In this document: piece by piece, positions 35,957 to 45,010 of the stretch
Layout of the letters: the number at the start of each line of letters is the position of its first letter
Position numbering within the stretch: position 1 is the stretch's first letter
Program-made: the position numbers and the translations under genes
The notes under the pieces: model-generated
Told to the model about the DNA's origin: nothing
What the model saw: only the letters and a program-made list of their open reading frames with translations
Database searches by the model: none
DNA from: a virus
Taxonomy: Duplodnaviria > Caudoviricetes
Virus record (IMG/VR): IMGVR_UViG_3300043447_000340
Coordinates: 1 to 46,505 of that record
Length of the DNA: 46,505 nt
Reading direction: 5' to 3' (one strand)

Positions 35957-37372
35957 ATGACTTTAGACCTTCGCCCTCACCAACAATCAGCCCTCACTGC
36001 CATTCAATTAGAAATCTTGGCAGGTAAAGGTAAAGCTATTGGCCGCATCATCATGCCTACTGGTGCTGGCAAGACCTTTGTCGAGGCAGCTGTAATCGAA
36101 CTTCAACAAACTAACCGTGTTCCTGGTGCTAACAAAATTCACTTGATCTTAGCACCGCGTATTTTGTTAGCGAATCAGCTAATTGGCGAATTTCGTAATT
36201 TTGGCGGCACACAGTATCGTGCTATTGCCTTTCACAGCGGTAACCATGAACCGGATTATGATGATATTAAATGGGAAGAAACAGCTACCACAAAGGTAGC
36301 AAAAGTTCAAGAAGAATTCACAAAAGCCCTTAACACTGGTATGGATCTGGTAGTGTTTAGTACGTACCATAGTTGTCATAATCTTGCCGGTATCGACTTT
36401 GATACTATTATCGCTGATGAAAGTCAGTACTGTGTGAGCGAGAATTTCAATAACTCTATAAAGTCTTTGACTGGAAAAGTTAAACTGTTCTTCACCGCCA
36501 CTGAAAAGCATACCGCTAGTGACGCTGGCCGAGGACTCAATAACGAAGCTATCTATGGACCTCGTCTGTTTACTATTACGCCAGAAGAATTGATTCAAGC
36601 TGGTTTGATTGTGGCTCCTCGTCTTCATGTCATGTACGGTACTACTAAATCGGAAGACCGTAGTGTCATCGATGAGGTGATTCAATTGGCAACTGAGCAA
36701 ACGGCAGTGACACTACCAGAACTGGGATTTAGTAAAATCTTGTTTGCCATGAAGGGCACAAAAGATGTTCACTCAGTTGTTGACAACCTGTCCAAAATCA
36801 AAGCAGTTATGCCGAATCATTCTATCTTTACTATTACTAGTAAGAAGGGAGCAATGATTGATGGCGAAGGTTTTCGCCGCGAAGAATTTATATCTAAATT
36901 GAAGTCTGCTGACAACGCCCTAGTATTCCACTATGATATTCTTAGTGAAGGCATTGATGTTGATGGTATTACAGGCGTGTGTTTGATGCGTAATCTGGGT
37001 TTGGCAAAGTTGCTTCAAACAATTGGCCGCGCCGTTCGTATTTACAAACCCAATCCCAGTTTAAAACGCCAAGCTTGGATCAGTGTGCCGGTTTTGAATG
37101 GCGATGAAGATGACAAGGCGCAGGTCGCAGGGGTTGTTCGTGCGATTCGTGATGGTGGCTTTGATCTGAGTGCCGAAAGTGTAGTTGAGACTGGTAAAAA
37201 TCGCCACGAAGGCGATGATACTGATATCAATGATGCTTATGGCAAAATGAAATTGAACATGAGCCTGTTCACCATCGAAAACGTGATTCACGAAATCGAA
37301 CAGAATGAATTTTTTGATCGAGTTCACAGTGCTGATACTATTGATGATAAACTTGACTTGTTGTTTGCTTAA
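35957..37372 (+). CDS. SF2 helicase/translocase, restriction-enzyme (ResIII/Type ISP-like) class
   Basis: LRPHQ, MPTGAGKT, VFSTYHS, IADESQ, TAT, LSEGID, QTIGRAVR. Confidence 0.85.
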   Translation: MTLDLRPHQQSALTAIQLEILAGKGKAIGRIIMPTGAGKTFVEAAVIELQQTNRVPGANKIHLILAPRILLANQLIGEFRNFGGTQYRAIAFHSGNHEPDYDDIKWEETATTKVAKVQEEFTKALNTGMDLVVFSTYHSCHNLAGIDFDTIIADESQYCVSENFNNSIKSLTGKVKLFFTATEKHTASDAGRGLNNEAIYGPRLFTITPEELIQAGLIVAPRLHVMYGTTKSEDRSVIDEVIQLATEQTAVTLPELGFSKILFAMKGTKDVHSVVDNLSKIKAVMPNHSIFTITSKKGAMIDGEGFRREEFISKLKSADNALVFHYDILSEGIDVDGITGVCLMRNLGLAKLLQTIGRAVRIYKPNPSLKRQAWISVPVLNGDEDDKAQVAGVVRAIRDGGFDLSAESVVETGKNRHEGDDTDINDAYGKMKLNMSLFTIENVIHEIEQNEFFDRVHSADTIDDKLDLLFA

Positions 37373-37385
37373 TTAGGAGATAGAA

Positions 37386-37949
37386 ATGAAACATCGTTTT
37401 AAACAAACTTGCTACGACAGCACCGCATTGTTGAACAAATGCTCAACTCTCAATGAGTTTATGAAACGCCTGACTAAGCAAAGTGCACAAAACCCAGATA
37501 TGTGGGATGAAATGACGTATCGTGGCGACGGCTTTGAAGCTCTAGTAGAGGTATTGATTAATTCTAGTCCAATTGACAAACGTATCAACATCACTAACTA
37601 TAGTCCATGGAATGTCAAAACTCACGGTGCTGACATGGGCGTGGATGGTATCGGCGAAAGTCATAATGGCAAACCACACACTGTTCAAGTTAAATACCGT
37701 AGCAATGTCACCGAGGAATTGACTGCCAATAAGGATCACATTAGTAACTTTGTCGCTAAAAGTTTACTGATGAATCAGGGTAAAGATGTAGACATGACAA
37801 TCTTCACTACTGCTAACGACCTACTTGAAACAATCAACGAAGGTATGTATCATGGTAAAGTTAGAACTTTGGGTTACAAAGAAATCAGTAAACTTATTGA
37901 TAAAAATGATAGTTTTTGGTCTATTTTCCGTATGGAAATGGGCGTCTAG
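37386..37949 (+). CDS. Mrr-like PD-(D/E)XK nuclease
   Basis: GDGFEALV...DMGVDGIG...VQVKY (E..D..QxK). Confidence 0.7.
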   Translation: MKHRFKQTCYDSTALLNKCSTLNEFMKRLTKQSAQNPDMWDEMTYRGDGFEALVEVLINSSPIDKRINITNYSPWNVKTHGADMGVDGIGESHNGKPHTVQVKYRSNVTEELTANKDHISNFVAKSLLMNQGKDVDMTIFTTANDLLETINEGMYHGKVRTLGYKEISKLIDKNDSFWSIFRMEMGV

Positions 37950-37957
37950 TCGAAAAT

Positions 37958-37986
37958 TTGACAATAAATCGGATTCCAGTTACAAT
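37958..37986 (+). promoter_or_regulatory. sigma70-type early promoter (repeated cassette)
   Basis: TTGACA-17bp-TACAAT-ACTTGTAT. Confidence 0.85.
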
Positions 37987-38017
37987 ACTTGTATTGACAC
38001 TGAAACAGGAGCTATAA

Positions 38018-39142
38018 ATGGTAGATATGTCAAAAACACAAACTCTCTTCAAATTCATTAAAGAAGATAAGTCTGGTATATTTGTTGGCGGCCACGATGT
38101 GTTCACACCTCAACCTCTGATCGAAGAAATTCTGGATCAAGTTCCTGCCATCAGTGATGATAAAACTGTATTGGTGCTATTCAACATTGAATTTGTTATT
38201 AGTCTAGTGTATACTTATGGGGTAAATACTACTAATGTTACATTCTACGCGGATCATCCTAACAAGATTAAGATGGCCAAACGTATCGGCGTAAATGTTA
38301 TTACTACTCTGGAAAATACTATGAAATTTGACGTTGTTGTTGGTAATCCTCCATATCAGGAAACAAAAGAAACATCATATAAATTGTGGAATAAGTTTCT
38401 AATTAAAGCTAATGAATTGACGAAGGATAATGGTTATATTAGTATGGTATTACCAACTACCTGGACTCAACCGTTATCAAAAAAGCCATCGGATATTAAC
38501 AAAGCAGTGAATGATATTATGTTTGGAAACTCGATGATGTGGACAAATTTAAATGTGAATTCATTCTTTAATGTTGGTATCAATATCTCTGCTTTTGTCC
38601 TTAGGAAGGATGGCATTGCCGCACTCAAAAAATTCATGATTTTAAATGACTTCAATAATATGTCATCTAAGATTCTTGGTAGTGAAGATGAAAATCTATT
38701 TGTTAATGCGGATTCCACGGCATGGAAACGACTACCTGTATCTAACACGAAAACAAAAGAATTCAAGTATAAAATTATGGGTAAAAAGGGAATATCATAT
38801 TCGAATATCAAAAATGATATTGCTGATAACCCAAAAGTTATCATCCCTCGTGAGTTGGGCTATTTTGTCGTCTTGGATACTGAGGGTTGCGGTTTCAATA
38901 ATCAATCTAGGGCAAAAATTTGTTCCTCTGTTGATGAGGCATTATCAGTATTTTCTTTTTATAATTCAAAAATTGTGCGTTTTGTGATGAAGCACTATTC
39001 TTGGGTACCGCAGACCGATTTTAACTTACTTAGTATGATTAAAACTCCAAAATTCAATAAAGAATTCACGGACGCTGAGCTTTATAAGTTTTTCAAGTTA
39101 ACCAAAGAAGAAATCAATCACATTGAGGGTAAATCGAAATGA
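38018..39142 (+). CDS. Amino-methyltransferase (Eco57I/TaqI-like) with NPPY and TRD, degenerate motif I
   Basis: DVFTP, FDVVVGNPPYQ, GYISMVLP, ELYKFFKLTKEEI; no GxG SAM loop. Confidence 0.75.
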   Translation: MVDMSKTQTLFKFIKEDKSGIFVGGHDVFTPQPLIEEILDQVPAISDDKTVLVLFNIEFVISLVYTYGVNTTNVTFYADHPNKIKMAKRIGVNVITTLENTMKFDVVVGNPPYQETKETSYKLWNKFLIKANELTKDNGYISMVLPTTWTQPLSKKPSDINKAVNDIMFGNSMMWTNLNVNSFFNVGINISAFVLRKDGIAALKKFMILNDFNNMSSKILGSEDENLFVNADSTAWKRLPVSNTKTKEFKYKIMGKKGISYSNIKNDIADNPKVIIPRELGYFVVLDTEGCGFNNQSRAKICSSVDEALSVFSFYNSKIVRFVMKHYSWVPQTDFNLLSMIKTPKFNKEFTDAELYKFFKLTKEEINHIEGKSK

Positions 39143-39507
39143 TAGAATATTTAATGTCTTTATTTAAACGGATATATCCAGTGGCAGGTATCATAAAAAT
39201 ATACGAATATTACAGAAAAAAACCATTGATTATTAAAACATCATTTAAAGATGTTAATGGGTACGAACGTAAGACTGTTCAACGTAATATGTTTCTTTTT
39301 TGGCCGGAATATGAGATATCTAACAATCCAAATAATCCAAAATTCTATCAACATATTAATCACGACACTGAGAATTATTATTCGATAGCTGAATATAGTG
39401 AGAGTAATATTGTATTCACTAAACGTAGATATGATGAGTTTGGTAAAATGATGTGGGAACGTAAAAGTGATGGGAATGGTTCACCAATAATTACATTTAC
39501 TGTTTAG
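39139..39507 (+). CDS. AT-rich hypothetical protein
   Basis: ATGA overlap; lies between the two MTase genes. Confidence 0.6.
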   Translation: MIEYLMSLFKRIYPVAGIIKIYEYYRKKPLIIKTSFKDVNGYERKTVQRNMFLFWPEYEISNNPNNPKFYQHINHDTENYYSIAEYSESNIVFTKRRYDEFGKMMWERKSDGNGSPIITFTV

Positions 39508-39515
39508 AATATACA

Positions 39516-40061
39516 ATGCTTACGATGATTAACCATCTCCGCAACCGTGACTATATGTCCGGAGTAGAGCGTGACAAATCCAGAGTTAAGGCTACTGGAG
39601 AAGTGTTCACGCCTACCCCGCTTGTTCAGGAAATGCTGGATCAACTACCACCAGAAGTGTTCACCGACTCCGCCAAAACGTTCCTGGAGCCTTCCTGTGG
39701 TGACGGTCAATTCTTATCCGAAGTAGTCATTCGTAAGATGGAGAATGGCTCTACCTATGAGCAAGCCTTATCCACGGTCTATGGTATCGACCTTATGGAA
39801 GATAACTGTCGGGAGTGTATCAAACGACTATACGGCGTCAATGGTGAACCCACTATCGATATCATTCGAGGTGACGATATCCCACTCAACTGGCGGAATG
39901 AAGACTTACACGCTATCTTCCGTGTCAATGGTGAGATATGTAACATTGTTTGTGGCGACGGTCTCAAGTATGACTACTCGTTCGGCACCAAAGAAGTTAT
40001 CGAACCTGGTATGAGGATTGATCCAGACGGCAATGTAGTCCCTCAACTATTCCAATTCTAA
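39516..40061 (+). CDS. Short DNA methyltransferase subunit (SAM-binding half)
   Basis: RVKATGEVFTP, FLEPSCGDGQFL, YGIDL..DN, NIVCGDGL; no (N/D)PPY. Confidence 0.8.
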   Translation: MLTMINHLRNRDYMSGVERDKSRVKATGEVFTPTPLVQEMLDQLPPEVFTDSAKTFLEPSCGDGQFLSEVVIRKMENGSTYEQALSTVYGIDLMEDNCRECIKRLYGVNGEPTIDIIRGDDIPLNWRNEDLHAIFRVNGEICNIVCGDGLKYDYSFGTKEVIEPGMRIDPDGNVVPQLFQF

Positions 40062-40065
40062 AACA

Positions 40066-40359
40066 ATGAAAAACACAATCTTAAAATCATTCGAATGGAT
40101 CAGAGAGGATTGGAGATCCGACCGTGGCCGATTCATTATCGAGTTCATAGCGTGGATCATTAGTATCGGTAGTGCCTTTACTATGGCCTATACTGCGCCA
40201 AACCCTCCATTAATCTGGATGTATCCGGTGTGGGCGTTCGGTGTGTTACTCTACGGCTGGGGTGCTTGGAGTCGTAAGTCATTCTCTATGCTTGCTAACG
40301 CCGTCATACTATTCATGTTAGATTGTTGGGGCTACTACAACGTGCTAACTGCCCAATAA
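40066..40359 (+). CDS. Small three-TM membrane protein
   Basis: Three hydrophobic, Trp-rich segments. Confidence 0.75.
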   Translation: MKNTILKSFEWIREDWRSDRGRFIIEFIAWIISIGSAFTMAYTAPNPPLIWMYPVWAFGVLLYGWGAWSRKSFSMLANAVILFMLDCWGYYNVLTAQ

Positions 40360-40361
40360 TA

Positions 40362-40386
40362 AAACCCGCACTTAGCGGGTTTCTTT
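40362..40386. terminator. Bidirectional terminator
   Basis: AAACCCGC-ACTTA-GCGGGTTT between convergent genes. Confidence 0.8.
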
Positions 40387-43311
40387 TTATCTACTTAGGA
40401 TGCCTTTGAGGATACTTGACTTAGTTTCTAGTAAGTCAACGATATCCGCATCTGGCAATTCTGCCATATCCTTAGCGTTTCTGTATGATTGTTTATAATC
40501 ACTAGCACGACCTTGACCTCGGGCTGTCTGAATTAGTCCACGAATACGTTGGCGCTCTGGTGATATAGGAGCACGTTGTGGCTTTTGCTTATCTAATTCA
40601 CGCTGATTTAATTCAGCCTCCACTTGTTTAGTTAATTGAGGCTTCATGCCTTCAATTTGTTGTCTAGACGCATAGATATCACTTAACAATTTGGTGGCAG
40701 CTCTCTTGGTCTTGTCAGCAATAGGTCCAGTCCATCTAGACAAATTCTTAGTTAAATCCAGGGCCTTAACAATGTCCGGCAAATTTTTATTTGTTACTTG
40801 AGTTAACTCTCTTGGCCAATAACTGTTAGCTTGTATAATAGGTCTAAGCGCCGCATTAAAACCATCATTTGCGGCAGACATAAGTTTGTATAACTCTACG
40901 TTTACTAACTTTTCTACTTCCCTTCGGTCTAACTTTATTTCAGGAGTAGATGGTTCGGTAGATTGACCAAACATATCTATAGTAGAAGGACCACGACGAT
41001 AACTCTCTTGACTTAGTATGGCATATCTCGCTCGATCGGTGGTCTTAATATTAAGTAGTCGAGCATATGCTTTCTGTAGAAAGTTATAGTTACTACTATC
41101 AGTGTCTTCTTTAAGTCCAATCTCACGTACATTTTTCCATGTAGTCTTGCGCTCTTGTTCTGGCATATATCTGGCTAGTCGTGCCAATTCATTCTTTCTA
41201 GCAGTTGTGTTATTGGAAATAAGAACTTCTATAGCTTTTGTCAAATCTTTATTCTCGTTACCACTAGGCAAATATTTAAGAATACTCATCTTTTGTTCAG
41301 GAGTATACTGTGAATTTTCAATGAAACCAATCATTGCCGCACGTGCTGATAAAACAGTCGCAACTGTTTCATCTGTCATTTCAAACTCTGATTTTATCTC
41401 ATCTCGTGTTTTGTCTTCACTGGCCCAGGCAAACAATCGCTTTTCTTGAACATTACCATAACTTACAGTATTAGTGCCTGCTGGTCTGCCATCCGGATAT
41501 GGACTAGATTTTAGATCAGAAGGACTACGTCCTAGAGTTTTTAGTTCAACATCGCCATTGGCATTAGCATAGCCCTGTGGTTTGACTTTATCAAAAGTGT
41601 CTTGTGGAACTTCACCGTATTCTATATCATCTCGGTCGGTGAGGACAGGAGTGAACTCTATGGGAGCTCCGTTAACTATTAAACTGAATTTGTTTTGAGA
41701 TATATCAACACTAACATGACTAGCTAGTTGAGTCGGCCATGTAGCAATGATATTAGATAGCACCGGCGGAGTATCTTCATCGCCATAGTTGGCATGGGTA
41801 TCTACTTGTACTGTTGCCGAGTGATTCAAGATCCATATGATTAACTGTTTAAACTCAGGACTATTGCCGACAACTTCCATAATCTTGTTAGCATCAATGT
41901 CCGATAATCCATATGCGCTAGCCATGTCATTAATGAACTTAGGAGTCATTTCTTCACCGCCACTAGCCATGCGTAGCTTTATTAGTTCCCATGACATTTT
42001 GATTCTTGGGTTCTTATTTAACAGTGGCACCACTTCCTTATTCCACATAGGAGTTGCTATCTGCTGAACTTCTTGATAAGCATTGTATAGCGAAGTGAAT
42101 GAAGGTGAATTGGGCTTGATAGCAAAGCCACCTTGTTGCTTAGAGCTAACACCTAGTTTTTTGTAACCTCGCTCACCGCCACCATAATATATTACACTGT
42201 CTATTAGACGTTCATTAGTCGCGCCGAAGTATCTGATAACAGCGCCACTTAATAATTCTTCTTGAGTTGCTCCAAAGAAGCTCTGAGCAATTTTACTAGC
42301 GTTACCACTACAGTTTCCAGTTAGTAGCGCAACTGGATGGATAACTTCCATAAAGTCAGTCATGATACTTTGAACTGCCGAAATGCCTAACTCATTGAAA
42401 AGTTTATCTGAATTGTTGCCAACGTCAGTATATTGTAGAGGATAGATATTACCGGCATTGCTAGGTTTTGTAAATAGCGCAGTTAAGTCAGCTAGATATT
42501 CACTGGTTCTTCTACCTCTGTATTTACCTACTGGGTTACTACTATTCTTAACAACAGATACTATGTTAGATACGGTAATTGGCTTAGCTTGTAAATTTTT
42601 TATAATTGAATCTGTTTGACTGCGTATCGCGGCCGTAGTTGTCTTATTGTGCGCCTCAACATCACGTGGATTAGAGTTAATGCCTAAGCCTATTCTTCTA
42701 CTAGCTCTTGTATTCTCTAAACTACTATACTCGGGAGAAGTTAAATTGTCAAACTCTGATGGCTTTAGGGCATCTTGCCATTTAGTGGCATTAGCATTAT
42801 CAGAATCGTAAGTCCAGTTATTAGAATCTGAACCAATACCAGTGCTATTTGAGTAAATTGGTAATTGATCTACTCTACTTATTTGGTTAGTGCCTCTACC
42901 GGAGTATGCCTCATCAAAGTTATCACTAACTGAATAAGAAATATAGTAAATTGATTCTCTAGGATCTTGTTGTTTTTCGCCCTTATTTGTTATCTTAACT
43001 TCTAATATGTGGGCAAAAATTTGTCGAGATTCTACAGTATCATCATTTTCTTCTGGTACCTTGTTTAACTCAATAGCGTTGATACTCATTCTGTATGAAC
43101 CACGGCCGCCCTCTTCTCTGGTAGGAATATCTTCCGTTCTAGCAAATTTAAGACCTCTCTTTTTACTAAAAGACTCGAGTTGAGGAAGCGTTAAAGTTAG
43201 CCAGTCGGTTACCTTTGCTCGATGTGTGCCATCATAAGGATCTTTAAGTAGCTGTCGATCTGTCTCTTTTTGAATGTCGGCAGACTCAGTTATAAAATGA
43301 TTTATTTTCAT
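40387..43311 (-). CDS. 974-aa late protein; possible internal virion protein with nuclease-like core
   Basis: MKINHFITE N-terminus; central DFME...NERLIDS...GVSSK. Confidence 0.7.
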   Translation of the reverse strand: MKINHFITESADIQKETDRQLLKDPYDGTHRAKVTDWLTLTLPQLESFSKKRGLKFARTEDIPTREEGGRGSYRMSINAIELNKVPEENDDTVESRQIFAHILEVKITNKGEKQQDPRESIYYISYSVSDNFDEAYSGRGTNQISRVDQLPIYSNSTGIGSDSNNWTYDSDNANATKWQDALKPSEFDNLTSPEYSSLENTRASRRIGLGINSNPRDVEAHNKTTTAAIRSQTDSIIKNLQAKPITVSNIVSVVKNSSNPVGKYRGRRTSEYLADLTALFTKPSNAGNIYPLQYTDVGNNSDKLFNELGISAVQSIMTDFMEVIHPVALLTGNCSGNASKIAQSFFGATQEELLSGAVIRYFGATNERLIDSVIYYGGGERGYKKLGVSSKQQGGFAIKPNSPSFTSLYNAYQEVQQIATPMWNKEVVPLLNKNPRIKMSWELIKLRMASGGEEMTPKFINDMASAYGLSDIDANKIMEVVGNSPEFKQLIIWILNHSATVQVDTHANYGDEDTPPVLSNIIATWPTQLASHVSVDISQNKFSLIVNGAPIEFTPVLTDRDDIEYGEVPQDTFDKVKPQGYANANGDVELKTLGRSPSDLKSSPYPDGRPAGTNTVSYGNVQEKRLFAWASEDKTRDEIKSEFEMTDETVATVLSARAAMIGFIENSQYTPEQKMSILKYLPSGNENKDLTKAIEVLISNNTTARKNELARLARYMPEQERKTTWKNVREIGLKEDTDSSNYNFLQKAYARLLNIKTTDRARYAILSQESYRRGPSTIDMFGQSTEPSTPEIKLDRREVEKLVNVELYKLMSAANDGFNAALRPIIQANSYWPRELTQVTNKNLPDIVKALDLTKNLSRWTGPIADKTKRAATKLLSDIYASRQQIEGMKPQLTKQVEAELNQRELDKQKPQRAPISPERQRIRGLIQTARGQGRASDYKQSYRNAKDMAELPDADIVDLLETKSSILKGILSR

Positions 43312-43312
43312 A

Positions 43313-43876
43313 TTATTTCAATAAACTAATTACTTTACTGCGATTTTCTTTTGTTGCGTGTTCTGCCCAGGCCCTCATTCCTCTATGAACTGTTGAAATA
43401 ATTAATCCTTGTTTTGGAGTTTCTGGTTTATTATCAGAGTTAGTAAATTCTGATGTTTTGAGTTTATAATCTTCGTCCGACGCAATAGCGAAGCCGCAGG
43501 ATTCACTTGCCTCATTGAAGATAGTAACAAACAAATCCTCGGATGGAATCTCTTTTGGTAGTTTATCGTGAAATTCTGGGTACGCCTTCAATAAGCCATT
43601 GATGGCATCTTCTTTTGCGTTGACTTCGCTTGCGGTAGTACCTGGCCATGCGTCAGGGAATATAGTCACTGCATAGAGACCTTCGCCTAAATCTTTACCG
43701 GCTGCCTTGAAAGCATCGATGGCCTCTTGCTTACTATCGTCCTCAGACTCATCTTCGTCATCCAACTCACCATCCAATTCCAACTCTTCTGGTTCGTCAT
43801 TGATTGAAGCGGCTTTAGGTAGTGCGCTTTTGTGCTTAGGGTGTTCGTTTTCTTTTAGTAGTTCTGAGATTAGCAT
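43313..43876 (-). CDS. Acidic late protein
   Basis: MLISELLKE N-terminus; GATAAATA at 43898-43905 (-), AAGGA RBS. Confidence 0.75.
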   Translation of the reverse strand: MLISELLKENEHPKHKSALPKAASINDEPEELELDGELDDEDESEDDSKQEAIDAFKAAGKDLGEGLYAVTIFPDAWPGTTASEVNAKEDAINGLLKAYPEFHDKLPKEIPSEDLFVTIFNEASESCGFAIASDEDYKLKTSEFTNSDNKPETPKQGLIISTVHRGMRAWAEHATKENRSKVISLLK

Positions 43877-43934
43877 AAAAAATGTCCTTGATAGTAGTAT
43901 TTATCAAGGACGGTCCGCAAACTAATTTCTAAAC

Positions 43935-44894
43935 TTAGAAGTACAATCGTTTCTGCTGGTGATTATCGTCGCCGGCATCAACAGCCGCCTGCTCAGTTTT
44001 CTCAATTCTGACCTCTAGCGCCTGATACAGCCCCCTGATATCATCATCATTCATCATGGCTTGATAGCGAGTTAGTCGGTCGATCAATACTTCGGTCATA
44101 GTTTTGCGCTCGTGATCGTCTTGCTCGCCGCCAGCAAATACAATCTTGCGAATTTTGTCACTATTGACGGTATATGTGTCAGTAGTAACAATTCTGAATT
44201 TATTGTACTTTTTGCCTAGATAAATTAAGTGACGATCAGTGTCAATTAACACAGCGAAGCCTACATCGACCGGGTCACGAATGTCTCTAAAATGTAGGTA
44301 AATGCCGCGCTCGACCTTAAAGCGTTGCTTGATAAAGTTGTTAGCACGAGTAGCGTTTGAAGGGCGACCGCCTAGCAATTTTAAGATGTTAAACTTGTCT
44401 TGGTCAAGTACAATATGACCGTTGTCAATCATACTAGCAACCGTGACGACAATTTCATCTCTAACTCGCTCTAAACTCATTGCTATTAATTTTGCGATAG
44501 CGTCACTATCACTCATGCCGCCTCTGTCGCCAACGCCGCTTGCTGATAATAGCTTGCCCAAGTTACTGCCTAGCTTGTTAGTTTCGCCCGCATAGTGCTG
44601 ACGCAAACTTAGCATAATGTCTTCAACGTCTAATTGACGAACTTGCTCTATGCTAGTGATTTGTTTTCTTAGATACGCTAGTGCTTCCTGCGCTTCTCGA
44701 GGCTCGATATCTCTAGGGATACAGCGACTAATAAACCGGTCAATGATTTTTTGTTCTGTGGCTGAGCGAGATTGAGGCGCAGTCGGCAACGCGGATTTTT
44801 GAGGCTGAGATTGTTGGGCGGCAGATACACGTGGTTCTTCATCAGTCTGGTCTGACTGAGCAAATTCCATTAATTTGAAGTCGCGGTATCTCAT
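43935..44894 (-). CDS. Late hypothetical protein
   Basis: MRYRDFKLME N-terminus; GATAAATA at 44902-44909 (-). Confidence 0.75.
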   Translation of the reverse strand: MRYRDFKLMEFAQSDQTDEEPRVSAAQQSQPQKSALPTAPQSRSATEQKIIDRFISRCIPRDIEPREAQEALAYLRKQITSIEQVRQLDVEDIMLSLRQHYAGETNKLGSNLGKLLSASGVGDRGGMSDSDAIAKLIAMSLERVRDEIVVTVASMIDNGHIVLDQDKFNILKLLGGRPSNATRANNFIKQRFKVERGIYLHFRDIRDPVDVGFAVLIDTDRHLIYLGKKYNKFRIVTTDTYTVNSDKIRKIVFAGGEQDDHERKTMTEVLIDRLTRYQAMMNDDDIRGLYQALEVRIEKTEQAAVDAGDDNHQQKRLYF

Positions 44895-44955
44895 ATCTTA
44901 ATATTTATCATTTTAGCAGAGGAAGATAATTTCCTGTGAATTGTTCCATTTTCAC

Positions 44956-44985
44956 TTGACCTCAACCAGCTGCCTGCTGTATAAT
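44956..44985 (+). promoter_or_regulatory. sigma70-type promoter
   Basis: TTGACC-18bp-TATAAT. Confidence 0.6.
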
Positions 44986-45010
44986 ATCAGTATATTTACA
45001 AAGGATCACT

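Noticed and set aside
4763-37994. CRISPR array from the repeated ~40-bp sequence
   Set aside because: Copies are dispersed, separated by genes and match sigma70 promoters; no regular spacers and no cas genes.
5126-38844. Antisense and alternate-frame ORFs in the track (e.g. 5126-5629, 7444-7920, 18410-19066, 26396-26881, 36179-36700)
   Set aside because: They shadow well-supported genes and lack RBS or recognisable motifs.
40066-40359. PnuC-like transporter half linked to NAD salvage
   Set aside because: Only general three-TM, Trp-rich character; no diagnostic motif and far from the NAD locus.
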